Position numbers and translations under genes: made by a program | The notes under the pieces: model-generated | Seen by the model: the letters and a program-made list of their open reading frames with translations, nothing else | Told to the model about the DNA's origin: nothing | Database searches by the model: none | Part shown: in pieces, positions 24,348 to 35,500 of the stretch | Position numbering within the stretch: position 1 is the first letter of the stretch | Layout: the number at the start of each line of letters is the position of its first letter | NCBI RefSeq assembly: GCF_963921235.1 | Contig: NC_086101.1 | Span: forward strand, 3,722,001-3,786,000 | Length of the DNA: 64,000 nt | Origin: Mobula hypostoma | Lineage: Eukaryota | Direction: 5' to 3'

Positions 24348-27300
24348 GTAGCGCGCCAAGGTTTAAAGAGAGAAATTTTCAACGGTTCTTGTTTCAGTCG
24401 AAGCAAGCAGCTGAGAAGGAGTGAAAGAAATCGGGTTGAAAAAGTCGTTTTTTTTAAACACTGCACGGGGAGAAGGGTCTGCACTGCGCAGGCGCGTGAC
24501 GTAGCGCGCCAAGGTTTGAAAAGCAGACCACCACATACAGCGGCCATCGTCGGAGTGGACTGAGTCAGAGTGGGACGGCTTTGGCTCAAAAGGCTTCAGC
24601 GAGAACAGGCAGAAGCCAGGGTAGGTTCCAGTAAGATTTTTGTTCAGATTGTTTAGTGCAGTGAGAATGCCAGGCAGGATGTTGGAATGCTCCTCTTGCA
24701 GGATGTGGGAAGTCAGGGAGCCCTCTGGTGTCCCTGACAACGACACCTGCAGGAAGTGCATCCAGCTGCAGCTCCTGACAAACCGCGTTACGGAACTGGA
24801 GCAGGAGCTGGATGACCTGCGGATCATTCGGGAGAATGAGGAGATTATAGATCGTAGCTACAGGGAGGTAGTTACGCCAAAGGAGCAGAGGACAGGAAAT
24901 TGGGTCACTGTCAGGCGAGGGAAGAGGAAACGGCAGGCAGAGCAGGGTTCCCCTGTGGCCATTCCCCTCAACAACAAGTATACCGCATTGGATACTGTTG
25001 GGGGGGATGACTTGCCTGGGACTAGCTGCAGTTGCCGGATCTCTGGCACTGAGTCTGGCTCTGCAGTGCAGAAGGGAGGAGGGAAAAAGAGGAGAGCGGT
25101 AGTGATAGGGGACTCGATAGTTAGAGGTGCAGATAGGAGGTTCTGTGGTCGTGACAGAGAATCCAGGATGGTTTGTTGCCTCCCAGTTGCCAGGGTCAAG
25201 GATGTCTCTGTTCGATTGCATGACATTCTGAAGTGGGAGGGTGACCAGCCAGATGTCGTGGTGCACATCGGTACCAATGACGTAGCAAGGAAGAGTGAGG
25301 AGGTCCTGGACAGTGAGTATAGAGAGCTTGGTAGGAATTTGAAAAGCAGGACCTCAAGGGTGATAATCTCAGGATTGCTACCTGCACTAGGTGCCAGTGA
25401 GGGTAGGAATAGGATGCTCTGGAGGAGGAACAAGTGGCTGAGGAACTGGTGTAGGGGGCAGGGTTTCAGATTTCAGGATCATTGGGACCTCTTCTGGGGC
25501 AGGTGGGACCTGTACAAGAGAGACGGGTTACACTTGAACTGCAGGGGGACCAATATCCTTTCAGGGAGGTTTGTTAGTGCTATTGGGGAGGCTTTAAACT
25601 AGATTTGCAGGGGGATGGGAACCAGAGTGCCAGAGCTGACAGTGTGGCTGGGGTGAAAATAAATGATGTTGAAAGTTTAAGCAAATCCGCTGATAGAAAG
25701 GTTGTGAGTGGTGGTAAAAATCTTCTGCGGTGTATATATTTCAATGCTAAGAGTATTGCGGGGAAGGCGGATGAGTTGAGGGCGTGGATTGACACGTGGA
25801 ATTATGATGTTATAGCAATGAGTGAAACTTGGCTACAGGAGGGGCAGGACTGGCAGCTTAATATTCTAGGGTTCCGATGTTTCAGATGTGATCGAGGCAG
25901 AGGAATGAAAGGTGGGGGAGTAGCATTGCTTGTTAGGGAAAATATTACAGCAGTGCTCAGGCAGGACAGATTAGAGGGCTTGTCTACTGAGTCCTTATGG
26001 GTGGAGTTGAGAAACAGGAAAGGTATGGCCACATTAGTGGGATTGTATTACAGACCACCCAATAGTCAACGAGACTTGGAAGAGCAAATCTGCAGAGAGG
26101 TAGCAGGCAACTGCAGGAAACATAAAGTTGTGGTGGTAGGGGATTTTAATTTTCCATACATTGATTGGGACTCCCATACTGTTAGGGGTCTAGATGGTTC
26201 AGAGTTTGTAAAATGTGTTCAGGAAAGTTTTCTAAATCAATATATAGAGGGACCAACTAGAGGGGATGCAATATTGGATCTCCTGTTAGGAAACGAATTA
26301 GGGCAAGTGACGGAAGTCAGTGTAGGGGAGCACTTTGGTTCCAGTGATCATAACACCATTAGTTTCAATTTGCTCATGGACAAGGATAGATCTGGTCCTA
26401 GGGTTGAGGTTCTGAACCGGAAAAAGGCCAAATTTGAAGAAATGAGAAAGGATCTAAAAAGCGTGGATTGGGACAGGTTGTTCTCTGGCAAAGATGTGAT
26501 TGGTAGGTGGGAAGCCTTCAAAGGGGAAGTTTTGAAAGTGCAGAGCTTGTATGTTCCTGTCAGGATTAAAGGCAAGTTGAATAGGAATAAGGAACCTTGG
26601 TTCTCAAGAGATATTGCAACTCTGATAAAGAAGAAGAGGGAGTTGTATGAAATGTATAGGAAACAGGGAGTAAATTAGGTGCTTGAGGGATATAAGAAGT
26701 GCAAGAAAATACTTAAGAAAGAAATCAGGAGGGCTAAAAGAAGACATGAGGTTGCATTGGCAGTCAAAGTGAAGGATAATCCAAAGAGCTTTAAACAAGT
26801 ATATTAAGAGCAAAAGGATTGTAAGGGATAAAATTGGTCCTCTTGAAGATCAGAGTGGTCGGCTATGTGCGGAACCAAAGGAAAAGGGGGAGATCTTAAA
26901 TAGGTTTTTTGCGTCTGTATTTACTAAGGAAACTGGCATGAAGTCTATGGAATTGAGGGAATCAAGTAGTGACACCATGGAAACTGTACAGATTGAAAAG
27001 GAGGAGGTGCTTGCTGTCTTGAGGAAAATTAAAGTGGATAAATCTCCGGGACCTGACAGAGTGTTCCCTCGGACCTTGAAGGAGACTAGTGTTGAAATTG
27101 CGGGGTCCCTGGGAGAAATATTTAAAATGTCGCTGTCTATGGGTGAAGTGCCGGAGGATTGGAGAGTGGCTCATGTTGTTCCGTTGTTTAATAAAGGATC
27201 GAAAAGCAATCCGGGAAATTATAGGCCGGTGAGTTTAACGTCGGTAGTAGGTAAGTTATTGGAGGGAGTACTAAGAGACAGAATCTACAAGCATTTGGAT

Positions 27301-28602
27301 AGACAGGGACTTATTAGGGAGAGTCAACATGGCTTTGTGCGTGGTAGGTCATGTTTGACCAATCTATTGGAGTTTTTCGAGGAGGTTACCAGAAAAGTGG
27401 ATGAAGGGAAGGCAGTGGATATTGTCTACATGGACTTCAGTAAGGCCTTTGACAAGGTCCCACATGGGAGGTTAGTCAGGAAAATTAAGTCGCTAGGTAT
27501 ACATGGAGAGGTGGTAAATTGGATTAGACATGACTCGATGGAAGAAGCCAGAGAGTAGTGGTAGAGAATTGTTTCTCTGAGTGGAGGCTTGTGATTAGGG
27601 TTGTGCCACAGGGATCAGTGCTGGGTCCATTGTTATTTGTCATCTATATCAATGATCTGGATGATAATGTGGTAAATTGGATCAGCGAGTTTGCTGATGA
27701 TACAAAGTTTGGAGGTGTAGTAGACAGTGAGGAAGGTTTTCAGAGCCTGCAGAGGGACTTGGACAAGCTGGAAAAATGGACTAAAAAATGGCAGATGGAG
27801 TTTAATACAGACAAGTGTGAGGTATTGCACGTTGGAAGGACAAACCAACGTAGAACATACAGGGTTAATGCTAAGGCACTGAGGAGTGCAGTAGAACAGA
27901 GGGATCTGGGAATACAGATACAAAATTCCCTAAAAGTGGCGTCACAGGTAGATAGGGTCGTAAAGAGAGCTTTTGGTACATTGGCCTTTATTAATCAAAG
28001 CATTGAGTATAAGAGCTGGAATGTTATGATGAGGTTGTATAAGGCATTGGTGAGGCCGAATCTGGAGTATTGTGTTCAGTTTTGGTCACCAAATTACAGG
28101 AAGGATATAAATAAGTTTGAAAGAGTGCAGAGAAGGTTTACGAGGATGTTGCCGGGACTTGAGAAACTCAGTTACAGAGAAAGGATGAATAGGTTAGGAC
28201 TTTATTCCCTGGAGCGTAGAAGAATGAGAGGAGATTTGATAGAGGTATATAAAATTATGATGGGTATAGATAGAGTGAATGCAAGCAGGCTTTTTCCACT
28301 GAGGCAAGGGGAGAAAAAAAAAACCAGAGGACATGGGTTAAGGGTGAGGGGGGAAAAGTTTTAAGGGAACATTAGGGGGAGCTTCTTCACACAGAGAGTG
28401 GTGGGAGTATGGAATGAGCTGCCAGACGAGGTGGTAAATGCGGGTTCTTTTTTAACATTTAAGAATAAATTGGACAGATACATGGGTGGGAGGTGTATGG
28501 AGGGATATGGTCCGTGTGCAGGTCCGTGGGACTAGGCAGAAAATGGTTCAGCACAGCCAAGAAAGGCCAAAAAGCCTGTTTCTGTGCTGTAGTTTCTATG
28601 GT
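24348..28602 (+). mobile_element. Full-length young CR1 LINE inserted in the Gypsy 5' LTR
   Basis: 5' UTR with a repeated cgtagcgcgccaaggttt motif (24347, 24500); intact ORF1; ORF2 EN (25605-26678) and RT (26938-27558, 27558-28364) with a few lesions; gtttctatg tail. Confidence 0.96.
24667..25602 (+). CDS. CR1 ORF1p: zinc finger / coiled coil / SGNH (GDSL-like) esterase
   Basis: ATG at 24667; CSSC..CRKC; LEQELDDLRII; VIGDSIVRG, VVHIGTND and DGLHLN esterase blocks; uninterrupted to the stop. Confidence 0.9.
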   Translation: MPGRMLECSSCRMWEVREPSGVPDNDTCRKCIQLQLLTNRVTELEQELDDLRIIRENEEIIDRSYREVVTPKEQRTGNWVTVRRGKRKRQAEQGSPVAIPLNNKYTALDTVGGDDLPGTSCSCRISGTESGSAVQKGGGKKRRAVVIGDSIVRGADRRFCGRDRESRMVCCLPVARVKDVSVRLHDILKWEGDQPDVVVHIGTNDVARKSEEVLDSEYRELGRNLKSRTSRVIISGLLPALGASEGRNRMLWRRNKWLRNWCRGQGFRFQDHWDLFWGRWDLYKRDGLHLNCRGTNILSGRFVSAIGEALN

Positions 28603-29487
28603 AGCTATATAATTAATAGAGAATAAAATATAGAAGGAAAATAAAAGGCGCCACACTTATCAAAGTTCAACCTTTTCGTGCACAAAACAGTTGGAGCTCA
28701 GGACCCTTCTTCTTCACCCTGCAACTCCTCGGACCACCTCGACCGGCCGCCTGGGACCAACAACGGTGGTCGGCCAGACGCCCCACACGAGTCCAACTCC
28801 GTTTCCTCTCCTCGCTGAACGCCCCGCCCGGGGTCCAACCCCGTTAGCGGACTCACAGCATCTGGTCCATTCTCTGTCTCTCTCTCCCGCCTTCTCCGCC
28901 AAAACCTCGCTCATACAATATCTTACAGATACACCAAAAACATATAACTATCCCAATTGGTTCATAGCACCTTCTTATCAGTAACGTGATTCAACAAACT
29001 GCTAGCGGGAGGGCTTTCTCATCATTTAAGATAACAAAGAAGCATTCCCAAGTATAACATAACAAAGAAGCCATTTTAATTAGCCTAGGCAGTAACGTAA
29101 GAGACCAAACGCCCTTACATCTATAGCCCACTATTTTACTTAACTCCATGTACCTATCTAAAAATCTCTTAAAAGACTCTATCATTTCCGCCTCCACCAC
29201 CGTTGCCAGCAGCCCATTCCACGCACTCACCACCCTCTGCGTAAAAAACTTACCCCTGATATCTCCTCTGTACCTATTCCCCAGCACCTTAAGTCTGTGT
29301 TCTCTTGTGGCAACCATTTCAGCCCTGGGAAAAAGCCTTTGACTATCCACACGATCAATGCCTGTCATCATCTTATACACCTCTATCAGGTCACCTCTCA
29401 TCCGCCGTCGCTCCAAGGAGAAAAGGTCGAGTTCACTCAGCCTATTCTCATAAGGCATGCTCCCCAATCCAGGCAACATCCTTGTAA

Positions 29488-29627
29488 TCCTTTTCCTGAC
29501 GAAGGGTCTCGGCCCGAAACGTTGACTGTACCTCTTCCTAGAGATGCTGCTTGGCCTGCTGCGTTCACCAGCAATTTTGATGTGTGTTGCCTGAATTTCC
29601 AGCATCTGCAGAATTCCTCGTGTTAAT
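29488..29627 (+). mobile_element. Short Penelope pLTR insertion carrying a hammerhead core
   Basis: TSD atccttgtaa (29478-29487 / 29628-29637) inside a CR1. Contains ctgacga-agggtctcggccc-gaaacgtt-gactg. Confidence 0.85.
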
Positions 29628-29944
29628 ATCCTTGTAAATCTCCTCTGCATCCTTTCTATAGCTTCCACATCCTTCCTGTAGTGAGACGACCAGAACTAAG
29701 CACAGTACTCCACGTGGGGTCTGACCAGGGTCCTATGTAGCTGCAACATTACCTCTCGGCTCCGAAATTCAGTTCCACGATTGATGAAGGCAAATACACC
29801 ATACGTCTTCTTAACCACAGACCTTTTCAGAGACATTTGGTCGGTGATAAATGTCGGTCCTGCAGTCGATGCCCACATTCTATTAACAATAAATTCTTGT
29901 CCCTGTTACAGCCACGAGTCGTAGCATTTTGTTTCTGCTCTGCC

Positions 29945-30047
29945 TGCAGCACCGGTTTCCACCAGGAGGGGGTATCCTGCACCGTGACACTGCGCAGATC
30001 TCTGGGGCGCTCGTCATCGCCACCTGCTGGTTAAAAGCTGTCCTGCC
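29945..30047. promoter_or_regulatory. Convergent pair of CTCF-like sites
   Basis: + site: TGCAG-N12-CCAGGAGGGGGTATC (29945-29976). - site: GGCAG-N12-CCAGCAGGTGGCGATG (30047-30015). Confidence 0.6.
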
Positions 30048-30064
30048 TTGAATTGAACGTCCAA

Positions 30065-31150
30065 CGTTGGATTGAATTGAATTAACTTTATTACTTACAT
30101 CCTTCATATATATGAAGAGTAAAAATCTTTACGTTGCGTCTCTGTCTAAATGTATACTGTGCAATTTATATTAATGAGTCTGATGGCCTGGTGGAAGAAG
30201 CTGTCCCAGAGCCTGTTTGTCCTGGCGTTAATGCGGTGGCGTCATCGTCCCGTCCGGAAATTCCCCACCTTGCTATTACCTCAGCAATTGGGCCTTAATC
30301 CCCTTGTCTAATTTCTCATCATTCCCAGTTCCACTAGTTACACAGACCCGCCTTCCATCAGTAAATGTAGGATAAAAACCCTGTAATCACAACACGGAGC
30401 TGCCAGTTTATCGGTCGACTCTAGTGTGAATAATCCTCATTTCCTGGTTTCTGAGAACTGTCAGTTCTAAGTTCCGCATCATTTTCTGGATACTTTACGT
30501 GAGCCTTGTGTCTGTGTATAAACGTTCCTGGATACCGGTTCCCCATACGCAGCGGTGCTAACGCCTCACGACTCTGCCTCAGCGCCTGCGTCCTGCACTT
30601 GGCTTCGTCCCCAGCCACGTTCTTGCAACAGTGATACTGTTTCCCAGATGGTGGCAGCTTGAGCAGTTTGTGCTTCGGGTGACTAGGGTCCCCAATGATC
30701 CTTCGGGACCTTTTTACACACCTGTCTTTGTAAATGTCCTGAATAGCGGTAAGTTCACATCTACAGATGAGCTGGGCTGTCCGCACCACTCTCTGCAGAG
30801 TCCTGCAATTGAGGGAGGTACAGTTCCCATACCAGGCAGTGATGCAGCCAGTCAGGATGCTCTCAATTGTGCCCCTATAGTAAGCTATTGGATTTGGGGG
30901 CCCAAGCCAAGCTTCCTCAGCTGTCTGAGGTGAAAGAGACGCTGCTGTAAGATTTTTCACCACGCAGTCAGTATGTACAGACCACGTGAGATCCTCGGTG
31001 ATGTGTATGCCGAGAAATTTAAAGCTGTTTACACACTCAACCCTAGATCTATTGATGTCAATAGGGGTTAGCCTGTCTTCATTCCTCCTGTAGTCCACAA
31101 CCACCTCCTTTGTTCTTGTGACATTGAGAGAGATGTTTTCTTCATGAGTT
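30065..31150 (-). mobile_element. Rex1/Babar-like LINE 3' fragment
   Basis: ORF 30421-31104: MVVDYRR..VNSFKFLGIHITEDLTWS..TIESILTGCITAWYGNC..HPKHKLLKLPPSGKQY. Confidence 0.8.
30240..30630. mobile_element. Probable solo LTR (~390 bp) inside the Rex1-like LINE
   Basis: Ends ...tgcaaca and begins cgtca (TG>CG); near-TSD gtgg/gtga; interrupts otherwise contiguous LINE sequence. Confidence 0.55.
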
Positions 31151-31357
31151 CTCTGTAGGCTGCCTCGTCATTATCTGATCTGTCATTCAATATTAAAAGC
31201 TGTTTCATGTTATTTCCAATACATACTGGAGAAGGAAATAATTATTATTCCGGATCCGTTGCTGCCCCCCAAAAAAAAACACTAAACATAAAAAACGATT
31301 GAGATTGGAAGCGTGAAAAGACACAGCTCGCTCAGGTTAGTCGACAAGTAGATAAGT

Positions 31358-32425
31358 CAACACACACAAAATGCTAGAGTAACTCAGGAGGCCAGTTAGC
31401 ATCTATGGAACAAAGCAGAGTCGATATTTCTGTCCGAAATCCTATGGTAGGACTGGAGAAAAAAAAAACCGAGGAGTAGATTTAAAAGGGGGGGGGAGAG
31501 GGGGGAGAGAAACACCAGGTGACAGTTGAAACCTGGAGGGGAAGGAATGAAGTAAAGAGCTTGGAAGTTGGTTGGTGAAAGAGACAGAAAGCGATGGAGG
31601 GAAGAAAAAGGGGGAGGAACATCAGAGGGAGGCGATGGGCCGGCAAGGAGAGGGAAAAGGGGAGGGGAAATGCGTGAAGGTGGTGGGGGTGGCCGGTGCC
31701 AGAAGTGTGAGAAATCGATGTTCATGCCATCAGGTTGGAGGCTACCCAAGCGGAATATAAGTGTGACCTACCGCGATAGTGGAGGAGGCCATAGTCATAG
31801 TCATACTTTATTGATCTCGGGGGAAACGGGACCATGACAGTATCAACACCCCCCCCCCACCTCAACGAATGGACATATCTGAATGGGAATGGGAAGTAGA
31901 ATTAAAATGGGTGGTCACTGGGAGATCTTGCTTGTTCTGGTGGACGAAGTGTAGATGCTCGGTGAAGCGGTCTGCCACTCTACGTTGGGTCTCACTGATG
32001 TACATGAGGAGACAGTGGGAGCACTGAAGACAGTAAATAACCCCAACAGGCTCACAGGTGAAGTGTTACCTCACCTGAAAAGATTGTTTTGGGCCCTGAA
32101 TGGTAGTGAAGGAGGGAGGTGTAGCAATTGTTCACTTGCAAGGATACGATTCCTCCTTCTGTCTCTTTCACAAATCAACTTCCCAGCTCTTTACTTCATC
32201 CTTTTACCTCCAGGTTTCATCTATCACCTGGAGGTTCTCCTCTCTCCTCCCCCCACCTATTAACTCAACTCTTCAGCTTTTTTTCTCCAGTCCTGCTGAA
32301 GGGTCTCGGCCTGAAACGTCGACTCTACTCTTTTCCACAGACGCTGCCTGGCCTGCTGAGTTCTCCCAGCATTTTGTGTCTGTTACTCAGATTTCCAGCG
32401 TTTGCAGATTTTTGCTTGTTTGTGA
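31358..32425. mobile_element. Penelope-like element: pLTR + GIY-YIG remnant (-) followed by an inverted pLTR (+)
   Basis: Minus-strand LGSLQPDGMNIDFSHF (31749) and HFTCEPVGVIYCLQCS (~32065-32015). The + pLTR at ~32150-32425 carries a hammerhead-like motif at 32288-32324. Confidence 0.85.
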
Positions 32426-32514
32426 TTTGAAGTACATAAGCCATTGACTTGCAGCATTTTGGTGTTTCTGATCAGCAGCTAACCAGTGATTGAGTAAGTT
32501 GCAGGTATTTGTTG

Positions 32515-35500
32515 TTTTTCCACTTTCAACCTCTCACTGCTACGGGCGGAAGTTCCCACTTGCTTCAAAAAGGCAGTGCCGAAGGATAATATCTGCTGCC
32601 CTAATGACTATCGCCCGGTAGCACTTACATCTACAGTGATGAAATACTTTGAGAGGTTAGTCCTGAGTAGACTGAACTTTTGCCTCAGCAAGGACCTGGA
32701 CCCATTGCAATTTGCCTATCATCACAATAGGTCAAAGACCGATGCAATCTCAATGGTTCTTCACACGGGCTTAGACTACCTGGACAACAGAAACACCTAC
32801 GTCAGGATGCTGTTCACCGACTATAGTTCAGCATTTAATACCATCATTCCCACAACCCTGATTGAGAAGTTGCAGAACATGGGCCTGAGTACCTCCCTCT
32901 GTGATGGGATCCTCGACTTCCTAACTAGAAGACCACAATCTGTGCAGATTGGTGATAACATCTCCTCTTCCCTGACGATCAACACTGCTGCACCTCAAGG
33001 GTGTGTGCTTAGCCCACTGCTCTACTCTTTCTATACTCAAATACTCTTTCTATAGCTCAAATAGTGTGCGGGTGGGAGTATTTTGCTCACAGGGTGTGTG
33101 TGAGGAGTCCAGTGCAGTAGTGTAGTAGTGCTTGTTGTTAGTGCATGCTGTATGCTGCCTAGTGCTCTCTGCTTGCTACTCTCTGCTTACAGCTGTTGCC
33201 GCTGGCTAGCCTTCTTAATAGAGGGTGAAAAGAGGAGACAAGTGTGTAAGCCTCCTCTTGCCAGTACAGAGCCTCTCCACCACCAAGACTCCTGCAGTGC
33301 CTCCTTGGGGCCACACACGGAAACTGGGTACCTTACGGTCCCAGGCTAAACTGCAGGGGATCTCGGAGCAGCAATGGGCCCAGAGACGTGGCGTACAGGC
33401 CCACCACTGTGTGGACACGCCCTGGCACCTGTCAACCACTGTCCCAGCTATGGGCAAATAGCCCCACTGCCTTGTGGTAAGTCTGCTGAGACAAGGCTAA
33501 GGGAGCACACCCTGACAGAAAAGCAATGCGCTGGCAGAGCACAATAGGCGGGCCTTAACAGACAAAGGACCCGGCAGCCTCCTGCAGCCAAGATGTGGGA
33601 CCGGTTGTCCTGGGATCACCCTTGCCACCAGGATTTACCTCATCATGGTGAAGATAGTGCTACTGGGGATGGTGCATCCTGCGGCACTTTAAAATCTTTC
33701 TTGCTCAGGTCTCCACCTCTGCCCACGGTGAACAATACCTGGACCTTACGTATAGTTGAAGTCTGACGGCGATGGGGCATCTGGCAACGGGAGCAGGTAT
33801 GAATGGACTGGGAGCTCCTAGTCAGAACCCTGCACGGCAGCGGCACAGGGTATTTGGTCGCTAGCAGCTGGGGCTGAGTGGCAGCTGTTCTCGGCAGACC
33901 CCTGTGCAACTGAACAGCCCTATTTAGGGACCGTACTGCTCACCCCAGTTGGGGAAGGGCCTAGAAAAGGTGGCCTAAAAATCATTTACCTGGATGGGTT
34001 ACCGCGCCTATCAGTTATTCCACTACTACAGTCGAAATAAGAAACAATACAACCTAAAACTGGCAACATGGAATGTAAGGACTCTCCTGGACTCGTATGG
34101 CATCTCTGACAGACCTCACCAGAGAACAGCCTTGGTCGCTGCTGAGCTAAGGCGCGACAACATCGACATTGCTGCCCTGAGTGAGACCAGGCTCCTGGAT
34201 GAAGGCTCTTTAACAGAGGAAGGGATGGGTTACACCTTCTTCTAGAAAGGTTTCCCCCCAGGTGGACAACATCTCTATGGAGTAGGATTGGCCATCATGA
34301 ACACCTTTCTACCAAGTCTCACAGAACACCTGTTGGTATTAGTGAAAGACTAATGACCCTCCCTATCCCCCGGCAAAGAAACGTTACGCCACACTTCTCA
34401 GTGCCTATGCACCAACTTTGCCATCTGAGAATGAGGCCAAGGAAGGCTTTTATCAGACATTGGATGAAGCTCTTTGCTGGATCCCTAAGAATGATAAGAT
34501 CCTTTTGCTTGGGGACTTCAATGCTAGGGTGGGACAGAACAACAGGATATGGAGTGGAGTGCTAGGTAGTCATGGTATTGGCAAGGTGAATGCAAATGGC
34601 ATGAGGCTACTTACTCTTTGCTCTCAGCATAACCTTACCATAACCAACACCGTCTTCCAGCAGAAGACAAAATATAAGACTTCGTGGATGAACCCTCGCT
34701 CTAAACATCGGCACATGATTGACTTCATCATTGTGAAACGTAGGGACATCAAGGATTTTCTCATCACCTGTGCCATGAGAGGTGCAGAGTGCTGGACTGA
34801 CCACCGTATGACTGTGGCCAAGCTCCATATGAAAGTGCGCCCCCGCTTGCGGCTGCAAAAACCCATCCACAACTTGCTTGAGGACATACCGGGCAACTTT
34901 GGACAACCCTTCATCCACCAGCATCAGGCAGCATCAGCAGGCAGCTCGGAGGAAAGTGCAAAAGGCAATACGGGCTATACAAAATGAGTGATGGACGAAA
35001 TGGTACATGAAATTCAGTCCTTTGTGGAAAATAATGACATGCGTAATTTTTACAATGCTATCAAAACCATCTACGGCCCAATAAATCGATGCATTACTCC
35101 CTTGAAAACAGCAGATGGTCTAACACTTCTGAAGAATCAGAATACCATTCTGCTGAGGTGGGATGAACATTATAACACCATGCTTGATCAGGACTCTGAC
35201 ACAGACCCCACCATCTGCCTGAACTTCCTCCTATCCACGACCTCAGTCTACCACCAACCTTCCAGGAGGTTCTACCAGCTGTCCATTCCCTTAAGAACAA
35301 CAAGTCCCCTGGCACTGGCAATATCCCTGCTGAGTTACTGAAGAACAGAGGGTACATGTGTATGCGCACCCTCTACCAGTACATCCCCAAGGCCTGGACT
35401 GATGAGAACATCCCACAGCAATGGAGAAATGCAAATATTGTTGTCATTTATAAGAACAAGGGTGACAAGGCCATCTCTGGTAATAGTAGGGGCATATCAC

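Larger units (their letters stand above)
20735..29119 (-). mobile_element. Internally deleted Gypsy/Ty3 LTR retrotransposon with two LTRs
   Basis: 3' LTR 20735-21388 (tgtagcc...ttaca) with a PPT at 21389-21401 (minus strand ggccgggggagag). 5' LTR 24208-29119 is split by a CR1. Degenerate tRNA-Pro PBS at ~24185-24205 (minus strand tgtgggctttgtccgggat). TSD ccta/tcta. Remnants of gag (WAEWISQLLDEWQCS), protease (AILDPGAQV) and RT (LDLRSGCYRI..VLVYVDD). Confidence 0.92.
20631..29820 (-). mobile_element. CR1 3' fragment split by the Gypsy element (pieces 20631-20734 and 29120-29820)
   Basis: The 3' UTR at 20631-20734 continues at 29120 (ggcttaccta|tagccc). ORF 28991-29668 carries the RT C-terminus. 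Confidence 0.85.

Noticed and set aside
33455..33510. HDV-like ribozyme resemblance in the RTE 5' UTR (ccccactgccttgtggt...ggctaagggag)
   Set aside because: I could not find a P1 partner or the P1.1 GG, and it lies ~400 nt from the element's 5' end. A consensus-based RNAMotif search would be needed to revive it.
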